A DNA stretch of 64,000 nt from Candidatus Enterousia sp. (GTDB lineage Bacteria; Pseudomonadota; Alphaproteobacteria; Rs-D84). The DNA lies in assembly GCA_045647355.1 (NCBI GenBank), contig JAZRMF010000005.1:165763-229762 (forward strand), written 5' to 3'. The notes below the pieces were generated by a model, which was not told the origin of the DNA, did no database searches, and saw only the letters and a list, made by a program, of their open reading frames with translations. Position 1 is the stretch's first letter. Each line of letters opens with the position of its first letter. A program made the translations under genes and the position numbers. Shown here one piece after another: positions 29,424-40,960 of this stretch.

Positions 29424-29454
29424 GGATTTAAAAATGCCCCAAACGGGGCATTTT

Positions 29455-30408
29455 TTAATCCTCGTCCAAGTTAACCAATTTATATTTCCGTGAACCGACA
29501 CCAATTTTTTCGGCCGCCTCTAATGTATGCAAGCCGTTACGATCAGCGATACGTTCCATCAGTTTTTTATTACCATCGGCATTGGACACCATATCTATAC
29601 CGGCCTGATCAATGGCAACCGGGTCGCGTGATACCAAAATACCAATATCATGAATATCTGGTTCGGCTGGGTTTGCATTACAATCGCAATCGATACTGAT
29701 TCTGTTTAATACATTGATATAAACCATATTGTCGCGTCCAACATAATCTGTAACCGCCTTGGATGCGTCTGCCATAGATTCCAAAAACGCATCTTGTTCA
29801 CCACCCCATGGATTATCTTTGGATGTGCCCCCACTGTGAATCCATGCCTTGCCCATGGACGATGCAAAACCAATAGAAATGTTTTTTAATGCGCCACCGA
29901 ATCCGGCCATCTGATGTCCCTTGAAATGCGATAAAACGACATATGACGGATAATTCGTAAAATGCGTTCCGACATAATTTTCGGTCAAACGATTTCCACC
30001 TTTGACGGGCAACGTCATACTGCCCTCTTCGTCCATGATATCAACAGGCGCGACATCCAAGAATCCACGTTCACGTATTGCCGCCCAATGTGATTTACTG
30101 TCGTTGCGGTTGCCGGCATAGGCAGTATTACATTCAACAATTGTACCGTCCAATTCTTCAATTAAATCTTTGATAAGTGTTGGTCGCAGATAGTTTGTCT
30201 TGGCGGATTCACCGGTACTCATTTTTACACCGACTTTCCCGGTTGGTTTCCAATTTAATGCATGATATGCACGAACCAAACCCGCGGGCGAAATATCACG
30301 TGTAAAATATACAACCGGCACATCATTCGAAGCGGTTGCATAATGCAAACCAACCCCTGTCGTAATTACAGCCGCAGCACCCAATGCCGCAATAGTTGAT
30401 TTTTTCAT
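29455..30408 (-). CDS. Secreted DUF362-like domain protein (317 aa)
   Basis: Signal peptide MKKSTIAALGAAAVITTGVG. A conserved C-terminal CDCN motif region is typical of DUF362 by memory. Confidence 0.4.
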   Translation of the reverse strand: MKKSTIAALGAAAVITTGVGLHYATASNDVPVVYFTRDISPAGLVRAYHALNWKPTGKVGVKMSTGESAKTNYLRPTLIKDLIEELDGTIVECNTAYAGNRNDSKSHWAAIRERGFLDVAPVDIMDEEGSMTLPVKGGNRLTENYVGTHFTNYPSYVVLSHFKGHQMAGFGGALKNISIGFASSMGKAWIHSGGTSKDNPWGGEQDAFLESMADASKAVTDYVGRDNMVYINVLNRISIDCDCNANPAEPDIHDIGILVSRDPVAIDQAGIDMVSNADGNKKLMERIADRNGLHTLEAAEKIGVGSRKYKLVNLDED

Positions 30409-30421
30409 ACTGTATCCTTTT

Positions 30422-31441
30422 TTATTTTAAATTTGTTTTAAAGAATTGTTCCAGTTTATCAAATGGTATCTTTTCCATATTGTCGTATAAATCAACATGG
30501 TTTGCACCTGGAATAATCATTAACTCTTTGTTATCGCCGGTAAGTTTAGCAAATGCACCTTCGCTAAAATAACGACTGTGGGCCTTTTCACCGTGTATCA
30601 GTAATACAGGAGTGCGAATTTCATGTGCATATTGCAACAACGGCATGTTGATAAACGACAAAGAACTTGTTTTGTTCCAACCACCATTTGAATTCAATGA
30701 ACGTTTATGATATCCGCGTGGTGTTTTGTAATACGCATAATAATCTTTAACAAATTGTGGTGCATCATCTGGCAATGGATCAACCACACCGCCAGCCAAT
30801 TCGTACTCGCCGTTTTTATAGTCAATCGTGCGTTGTTCGTTCAATGATTTTTTATTTGCAAAACGTGCATCTGCGTTATCATCTGCGTCAAAATATCCAT
30901 TTGCATTTACGCGCGTCATATCATACATGGTTGATGCGACTGTTGCCTTGATACGTGTATCCATAGCGGCCGCATTAATCGCCATGCCCCCCCAGCCACA
31001 GATACCAATAATACCAATTTTTTCTGCATCGACATCTTTGCGATTTGCCAGATAATCAACCGCAGCCGAAAAATCTTCGGTGTTTATATCGGGTGATGCC
31101 ACATAACGAACATTTCCACCACTTTCACCAGTAAACGATGGATCAAATGCCAATGTTATAAATCCACGTGATGCCATTTCTTGGGCATACAGACCAGACG
31201 ATTGTTCTTTAACCGCGCCAAATGGACCGGACACCGCAATTGCAGGCATTTTGTCGGCGGTTTTCTTTTTCGGCATATATAAATCACCGGTAAGTTCTAT
31301 TCCGTACCGATTATGAAAATGTACTTTCTGTGTGATAACTTCGGGATTCTTGGGAAACACATTATCCCATCTATTTCCGGAAAACATAAAGTATCCAGCG
31401 ATTCCAAGTATGATGATTGCCAGTATAATTGTCCATTTCAT
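30422..31441 (-). CDS. Alpha/beta-hydrolase (dienelactone-hydrolase-like, possible Cys nucleophile GICGWGG) with N-terminal membrane anchor
   Basis: GIIGICGWGGMA nucleophile elbow. 339 aa. Confidence 0.55.
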   Translation of the reverse strand: MKWTIILAIIILGIAGYFMFSGNRWDNVFPKNPEVITQKVHFHNRYGIELTGDLYMPKKKTADKMPAIAVSGPFGAVKEQSSGLYAQEMASRGFITLAFDPSFTGESGGNVRYVASPDINTEDFSAAVDYLANRKDVDAEKIGIIGICGWGGMAINAAAMDTRIKATVASTMYDMTRVNANGYFDADDNADARFANKKSLNEQRTIDYKNGEYELAGGVVDPLPDDAPQFVKDYYAYYKTPRGYHKRSLNSNGGWNKTSSLSFINMPLLQYAHEIRTPVLLIHGEKAHSRYFSEGAFAKLTGDNKELMIIPGANHVDLYDNMEKIPFDKLEQFFKTNLK

Positions 31442-31568
31442 TTTTGACTCCTTTCACTTTGCAACATACAGAATATACGAAAGTTTTGCAAGTGAATAAC
31501 TTGAATACTCCATACGGCATCTTTGGCGGCGGCCAATGAATTTAAAAATGCCCCAAACGGGGCATTTT

Positions 31569-32093
31569 TTATTTTTTAATCTTTACCATTTTCTTAAGGC
31601 TTTTTAAACCTTTTGATAAATCGCTTTCTTCGGCCGGTTTAACCTCGCCTGCCTCTAAAGCAGAGCAACAATGTGGGCATTTTGTCGCCGTCATATCAAC
31701 CGTCTGTTTACAATATGGGCACGCACGTGTTGTAACCGCCTTTTTAGATTTCATCTTGTTAACGGTACGAACAATCAAGAACGCCGCAAACATTGTGATA
31801 AGGAAACTGATAACCGTATTCAAAAACACACCCAAATTAAGTGTTGTGGCACCTGCGGCCTGGGCTTCGGCGATTGTGTTAAATGTCTGGCCATTTCCGC
31901 CCGCCAAAACAAAGAACCATTGTGAAAAATCAACACCGCCAATTAAAAGCCCAATCGGTGGCATAATAACATCTTTGACCAATGAATTGACCACACTGGT
32001 CATCACAGACCCGACGATGATACCGATTGCCATGTCGATTGCATTACCGCGTTCCGCAAAGTCGCGAAATTCCTTTAAAAATTTACTTGCCAT
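31569..32093 (-). CDS. mscL: Large-conductance mechanosensitive channel MscL with an unusual C-terminal Cys4 zinc-ribbon extension
   Basis: MASKFLKEFRDFAERGNAIDMAIGIIVG... The C-terminus CPYCKQTVDMTATKCPHCC is not part of canonical MscL. Confidence 0.8.
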   Translation of the reverse strand: MASKFLKEFRDFAERGNAIDMAIGIIVGSVMTSVVNSLVKDVIMPPIGLLIGGVDFSQWFFVLAGGNGQTFNTIAEAQAAGATTLNLGVFLNTVISFLITMFAAFLIVRTVNKMKSKKAVTTRACPYCKQTVDMTATKCPHCCSALEAGEVKPAEESDLSKGLKSLKKMVKIKK

Positions 32094-32682
32094 TGTTTTG
32101 CTCCTTTTGGTTTAAGTGTTGGTTCAATGCATCCACGACCTTGGCCAACGTTTTGTGCAGACTTTCGTCAAACGTTTCAACGGTTATGTTTGCCTCTGCA
32201 TATGTGTTATACCGCTCTGCAATCAATTGAGCAAGGATTTTTTTACTATCATTATGCAAAAGTTGTGGGCGGGTATCACGAAACTTGGTTCTTTTTACCA
32301 ATAAATCCAAATCTGCTTTTAACCAAATGCTAACCGCATCTTTTAGAACACGATTTCTAATTTCCGGGGTGATAAACGCACCTTCGCCGGTGGAAATAAC
32401 CTTGACCCGCGGTGGTGAATCAATAAGGCGGTCTACGATTTGGCGTTCGACACGACGGAATTCTTTTTCCCCATAAAGCGAGAATATATCCACAACACTG
32501 CATCCGGCCGCACGTTCGATTTCTTTATCAGAATCAATAAACGGAACGCCCAAATGGTGCGCCAATGCACGCCCGACACTGGTCTTGCCCGCCCCCATAA
32601 GGCCGACCATAACAATTGGTCTATCAATTTCTATCTTTGTTTTCATGGGTGCCATTTTAAATAATTTTTTTGCCATGGACAA
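32083..32682 (-). CDS. aroK: Shikimate kinase
   Basis: IVMVGLMGAGKTSVGRALAHHLGVPFIDSD. 199 aa. Confidence 0.8.
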   Translation of the reverse strand: MSMAKKLFKMAPMKTKIEIDRPIVMVGLMGAGKTSVGRALAHHLGVPFIDSDKEIERAAGCSVVDIFSLYGEKEFRRVERQIVDRLIDSPPRVKVISTGEGAFITPEIRNRVLKDAVSIWLKADLDLLVKRTKFRDTRPQLLHNDSKKILAQLIAERYNTYAEANITVETFDESLHKTLAKVVDALNQHLNQKEQNNGK

Positions 32683-32762
32683 TAAAAACTTTATTTTTGG
32701 AAACCGAACTTTTTTGTTGACTTTTGTATGAAATACACATAAAATATGGCCTGCACAGTTCT

Positions 32763-32839
32763 GGGGTTGTAGCTCAGTTGATTAGAGCGCCTGATTTGCA
32801 TTCAGGAGGTCGTGGGTTTGAGTCCCATCAGCTCCACCA
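32763..32839 (+). tRNA. tRNA-Ala(UGC): tRNA-Ala(UGC) with G3:U70
   Basis: GGGGTTGTAGCTCAGTTGATTAGAGCGCCTGATTTGCATTCAGGAGGTCGTGGGTTTGAGTCCCATCAGCTCCACCA. Confidence 0.85.
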
Positions 32840-32886
32840 GAAATAATAAAGAATAGATAAAATCGCCAAAAGGGGGTGAATAGTTT

Positions 32887-33093
32887 ATGGTCAAGGTTCT
32901 TGTACGTGATAACAACGTTGAACAGGCATTGCGTGTTGCAAAGCGTAAATCTCAAAAAGAAGGACTTTATCGCGAAATGAAAGAACGCCAGCGTTATGAA
33001 AAACCAACAACAAAACGCAAACGTTTGAAAGAAGAAGCCGTTCGCAACGAAAAGAAACGTCAATCGAAACAAAGAATGGTCTTCGGATTCTAA
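32887..33093 (+). CDS. rpsU: 30S ribosomal protein S21
   Basis: [40 protein letters not shown]... Confidence 0.9.
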   Translation: MVKVLVRDNNVEQALRVAKRKSQKEGLYREMKERQRYEKPTTKRKRLKEEAVRNEKKRQSKQRMVFGF

Positions 33094-33097
33094 TTTT

Positions 33098-33122
33098 ACC
33101 GCCCGTTTGGGCGGTTTTTTTA
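33098..33122 (+). terminator. rpsU terminator (CCGCCCGTTTGGGCGG plus T-run)
   Basis: Hairpin read from sequence. Confidence 0.6.
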
Positions 33123-33363
33123 TTGTCCCCCTGTAATTTTTTGTCATCATACCGCTGAAAAGCGGTATCTCTTCGTTATCAGGCGGTAATAAAGAGATAC
33201 CGGCCTGCGCCGGAATGACGGTGCTTTTTCACCATTATGACGATTCGAATTTACTTAGCCACTAACATAGGTATTTGTTCGTATTGTCTGGTATACCGCC
33301 AATGCGATATAATGCAATTGTCCATAGGACGAATTACAACAATTTCTTAATGGGAGAAGAAAA

Positions 33364-33567
33364 ATGAAAGCATTAACAGATTACATTCTTGCACCGCTAA
33401 CTTTTGTTGGGGCAATAAATTGGGGATTGGTCGGCATATTCGGCTTTGATTTGGTCGCATGGCTGTTCGGCCCCGCCACAATGGTCAGCAATATCGTCTA
33501 TGCAATTATCGGTCTCGCCGCAGTTGTGTGGTTGATATTGATGTTCATCGACAGACCAACCAGATAA
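33364..33567 (+). CDS. DUF378-type small membrane protein (67 aa)
   Basis: MKALTDYILAPLTFVGAINWGLVGIFGFDLVAWLFG... Confidence 0.55.
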   Translation: MKALTDYILAPLTFVGAINWGLVGIFGFDLVAWLFGPATMVSNIVYAIIGLAAVVWLILMFIDRPTR

Positions 33568-33616
33568 TATTTTATCCTTTTTTACACCGCATCCCGTCAA
33601 GGATTCTTGGCGGGTG

Positions 33617-37424
<3,808 letters not shown>

Positions 37425-37456
37425 CTACGCAAATAATACAATGAAAAAACATAATT

Positions 37457-37487
37457 AAAAAACCCCGCAATCGCGGGGTTTGTTTTT
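37457..37487. terminator. Terminator hairpin CCCCGCAATCGCGGGG downstream of fabI
   Basis: Same core as the hairpins at 47460 and 59989. Confidence 0.5.
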
Positions 37488-38298
37488 ATTGTTCGTCCAT
37501 CGCTTTCAGCAACAGATTCTTTAATTCGTTCGGCATCATGCCAGTTGAAGAATATCCACAATCAACGTGATGAACTTCCCCAGTTACGGCAGATGACAAA
37601 TCACTTAACAAATACAGCGCCGCACCCGACACATCATCCAATGTCATATTACGACGAAGCGGTGTTTGTTCTGAATTAAGGCGCAACAACGATTTCATAC
37701 CGCCAACGCCACTGGATGCCAATGTCAAAATTGGACCAGCGCTGATTGCATTAATGCGGATTTTATCGCGCCCCAAATCCGATGCCAAATAACGAACCGA
37801 CGAATCCAATGCAGATTTTGCAACACCCATCACGTTGTAATTTGGAACGGACTTTTCACCACCGAAATATGTTAATGTGACGATTGAACCACCGTCTGTC
37901 ATAAGTTTCGATGCCCGACGTGTTAAATCGACCAAAGAATACACAGAAATATCCATTGTGTTTTTGAAATTTTCACGCGTTGTATCGGCATAGCGGCCCG
38001 TCAATTCGTTTTTGTCCGAAAACGCAATCGCATGCAACATACCGTCCAAATGATCCCATTCTTTTTCAATGTTTGCAAACAGTGAATCCATTTGTTCGTC
38101 GTTTTGCACGTTGCATTCTTGGACGAATTTGGCACCAATTTGTTCCGCCAATGGACGCACACGTTTTTCCAATGCCGGCATCGCATACGGCATCGCAATT
38201 TCTGCACCATTTTCATGCGCACGTTTGGCAATCGCCCATGCCATAGACCAATCGTTTGCAACGCCAGTAATTAAAATCTTTTTACCTTTTAATAACAT
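37486..38298 (-). CDS. fabI: Enoyl-[acyl-carrier-protein] reductase (NADH)
   Basis: MLLKGKKILITGVANDWSMAWAIAKR... with SDR-type Tyr/Lys. 270 aa. Confidence 0.85.
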   Translation of the reverse strand: MLLKGKKILITGVANDWSMAWAIAKRAHENGAEIAMPYAMPALEKRVRPLAEQIGAKFVQECNVQNDEQMDSLFANIEKEWDHLDGMLHAIAFSDKNELTGRYADTTRENFKNTMDISVYSLVDLTRRASKLMTDGGSIVTLTYFGGEKSVPNYNVMGVAKSALDSSVRYLASDLGRDKIRINAISAGPILTLASSGVGGMKSLLRLNSEQTPLRRNMTLDDVSGAALYLLSDLSSAVTGEVHHVDCGYSSTGMMPNELKNLLLKAMDEQ

Positions 38299-38372
38299 AA
38301 TTTTTCCTTTTTGTTACATGTGCCGGTATGATACCACCACTTTTACCTTGGGGCAACAAATAATTTGAGAGG

Positions 38373-40913
38373 TTATTTTTTAAACGCGTCTTTGATATTT
38401 TGAATCATATCGGTATTCATTAATGCATCGCCCCCAATGCCACCGGCAACACCCGCGCCCGCCGCAATCGCACCGCCCTTTAATTTCTTGGCGGTTTTAT
38501 CCTTTTGTTCGTTCCATTCGGTTGCATCTTTACCTTCGGGGTCGGTTAATGCACGTGACAATGATGTAAATGCACCATCGGTTATACCCGTTGATGCGTA
38601 TTTATATAATCCACTTTCCGCTTTATCATACACAACTTCTTGTTCTATGCCTGGGCGCATCCCCAATGCCTTTTTAGTGTTTTTCAGATTATCCGCCAAT
38701 GATTTATATTCGCTGTAATACCCCAATAGTTCATTACCCCCCGGCAGAGTTATTTCTTCATTACCCGCCTTGGATGATTGTCCTTTGCCGTATTCACAAC
38801 GGAACGTGGCCAGGTACGCCGTCATATCTTGTTCGGCGGCTTCGTCCGCCTGTTTTTCAGAATACGCAGATGCCGCGGTCATTAACCCCAAACCCGTTGC
38901 CGCCGTAGATGCCGCCGTTAATGTACGGTTTGCCAACGATTGTTCGTTTTCTTTGGCCTTTTTATATTTATCTTCGGCTTGTTTTAACTCGTTTAATTCG
39001 GTCGGTGCCCTCCGCATATTATCGAGATCTGATGTCGTTTCAGATGTTGTTACGATTGGGTCGTTTGTGGGATTTGGGGTTTCTTCGGTATTTTCAATAC
39101 ATGCATTTGCTTCATCACGATGATATCCATCGGCACAATCGCAAGAACCATCTTCGGTTGGCACAAGGTGCGCATCGTCGGCATTGCAATCACATGTACC
39201 ATCTTCGTTTTGCGTTCCCCCACCACATGGTAGTTCTGGGGGGGCTTCCACACCTATATCTTCATCCACATCGTCCGCAGACACAGGTTCCTCGCCAGTT
39301 TGTTCTGTATCGCTGGCAACACATGTTTTTTTATCCTCGGATTGTTGCAGGTTTTCACCGTTACATATGCATTCATCATTTTCACCAGGTGTTCCACCCG
39401 ATTCCATACAATCACCACATACAACTATGAACGAGTTATAATCTTCATTTATATAATCTGATACCGAGCGAAATGCTTCATAATCACACCCAGGAAATGA
39501 TATACCCAACAAAGCGTTGCTATCAATATCGCTTAATTTAAATTTTCCATTTTCATCTGTAACGGTATCTGTAACCTGCGAATTGACGATAATTTTGGCA
39601 CCGTGAATCACTTTATCTGTACCTTCGGAATGATATTTGAGTGTCGCAGTAATGGTGACTTTACTGGTTGGGGTATTAGTTTTTTTCTTGCAGAATCCTT
39701 GGCTGGCCTCGTAATTATCTTCGCATTTTGTGGAAATACAAATTTTGTATCCTGTCCGATTGGCGGCCACACATTTTCCTTCGGTTGTGTGTGGCAACAG
39801 CATATTACCCGTACAATCACGTGTTTCACCGTTTTTTTCACAGATTTTATAATTCGTATTACATTCTTTCTTGCCAATAACACCACATTCCGGATTTGCT
39901 GGATCCACATTATTTGCGCAAACAGATTTATCTTGGCCGCCCTCCATACATTCGCATATGCGTTGCATTTCGCTGGCCTTGCCTTTACAGAAATTATCGC
40001 ACACTGTTTGTGCATTTGATCCTTTGCATTTTCCGGCCTGATCATTAAACAAGTGTGAAAATCTACATCTCGATGAATTGTCTATATGAGAATCACACCA
40101 ACAAAAATTTCCAGAACCTGATCCTTCCTTGGTCATACATTGCCCTGCTGTAACAATGGAACCTGCACTGCCACTTTGCCCACTTGGCTGTGATGCGACG
40201 CAGGTCAATTCCACCGTTGCATTTTGTAATGTATCCGCCTTTCTGCCAACAATGGCGCATCCGTCATGCGATATACTTACATTCTTGGTTTTATCAACAT
40301 CGTTTAATTTAAACTTACCATTAGAATCAGTTTTTACCTTTTGTGTATTGCTAACTTCGACCAGCGCGCCAGAAAGTACCTCGCCGTTACGATTTTTCAC
40401 GACCCCATTGATTGTGATTTTATTACTTGTATTTTGTGGTTGGGTTTGGGTGGATACAGGTTCCGTAGAACATGTCACATACCAAGATTTGGACTTATCC
40501 CGGTTATTGTTATGCAGAAAGAAATTTGCATTGGTTTTATTTTTATCACAACGTGCGAAATCTGACAAGGGACTTACTGTTCTTTCTTTATACACCCTGC
40601 GATATACATATAGTTCGTCGTCAATCCACATATATAGTAAATTGTTCAAGTTTTTACATAATGTCACACATTCTAAAACCGGTGCATCTGAATAGCCATC
40701 CACCCAACGACCATCAAATTCACATCTTTTAATCCCTGTCGTAAATGCCGCGTAATCGCCGATATTACATGAATCCGGATTGCCCGGTTGGTTACAATAC
40801 AGCGTATCAGTGGAGTCTGCTTGACATGACCCACAATATGCCGTTAACGGTGCGGCACACAATACAAAAACAAAAATCCAACGCAAAAATCGCAAGGCTT
40901 CTCCCCTATACAA
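38373..40913 (-). CDS. Secreted Cys-rich 846-aa protein with CarboxypepD_reg-like beta-sandwich repeats and the shared C-terminal ~200-aa module (paralog of 40961..43423)
   Basis: Signal peptide. ITINGVVKNRNGEVLSGALVEV...TDSNGKFKL repeated twice. Many CxxC/EGF-like Cys clusters. The C-terminal module is nearly identical to residues ~400-590 of the neighbouring gene. Confidence 0.6.
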   Translation of the reverse strand: MYRGEALRFLRWIFVFVLCAAPLTAYCGSCQADSTDTLYCNQPGNPDSCNIGDYAAFTTGIKRCEFDGRWVDGYSDAPVLECVTLCKNLNNLLYMWIDDELYVYRRVYKERTVSPLSDFARCDKNKTNANFFLHNNNRDKSKSWYVTCSTEPVSTQTQPQNTSNKITINGVVKNRNGEVLSGALVEVSNTQKVKTDSNGKFKLNDVDKTKNVSISHDGCAIVGRKADTLQNATVELTCVASQPSGQSGSAGSIVTAGQCMTKEGSGSGNFCWCDSHIDNSSRCRFSHLFNDQAGKCKGSNAQTVCDNFCKGKASEMQRICECMEGGQDKSVCANNVDPANPECGVIGKKECNTNYKICEKNGETRDCTGNMLLPHTTEGKCVAANRTGYKICISTKCEDNYEASQGFCKKKTNTPTSKVTITATLKYHSEGTDKVIHGAKIIVNSQVTDTVTDENGKFKLSDIDSNALLGISFPGCDYEAFRSVSDYINEDYNSFIVVCGDCMESGGTPGENDECICNGENLQQSEDKKTCVASDTEQTGEEPVSADDVDEDIGVEAPPELPCGGGTQNEDGTCDCNADDAHLVPTEDGSCDCADGYHRDEANACIENTEETPNPTNDPIVTTSETTSDLDNMRRAPTELNELKQAEDKYKKAKENEQSLANRTLTAASTAATGLGLMTAASAYSEKQADEAAEQDMTAYLATFRCEYGKGQSSKAGNEEITLPGGNELLGYYSEYKSLADNLKNTKKALGMRPGIEQEVVYDKAESGLYKYASTGITDGAFTSLSRALTDPEGKDATEWNEQKDKTAKKLKGGAIAAGAGVAGGIGGDALMNTDMIQNIKDAFKK
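38440..38960. repeat. ~520-bp near-identical direct repeat (copy 1) shared with 41655..42175
   Basis: Antisense spurious ORFs in both copies translate to near-identical peptides (…ASLPSGSVNARDNDVNAPSVIPVDAYLYNPLSALSYTTSCSMPGRIPNAF…; MDDCPLPYSQRNVARYA…). Confidence 0.7.
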
Positions 40914-40960
40914 CCGTTACGAAAATTATAGAAAATTTTAAATTGATGTGTCAAACGGTT

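Noticed and set aside
28637-29425. CRISPR array or CRISPR-like repeats near tRNA-His
   Set aside because: The repeats are tRNA 3'-end duplications with unrelated spacing and no regular repeat-spacer periodicity. No cas genes are in the window.
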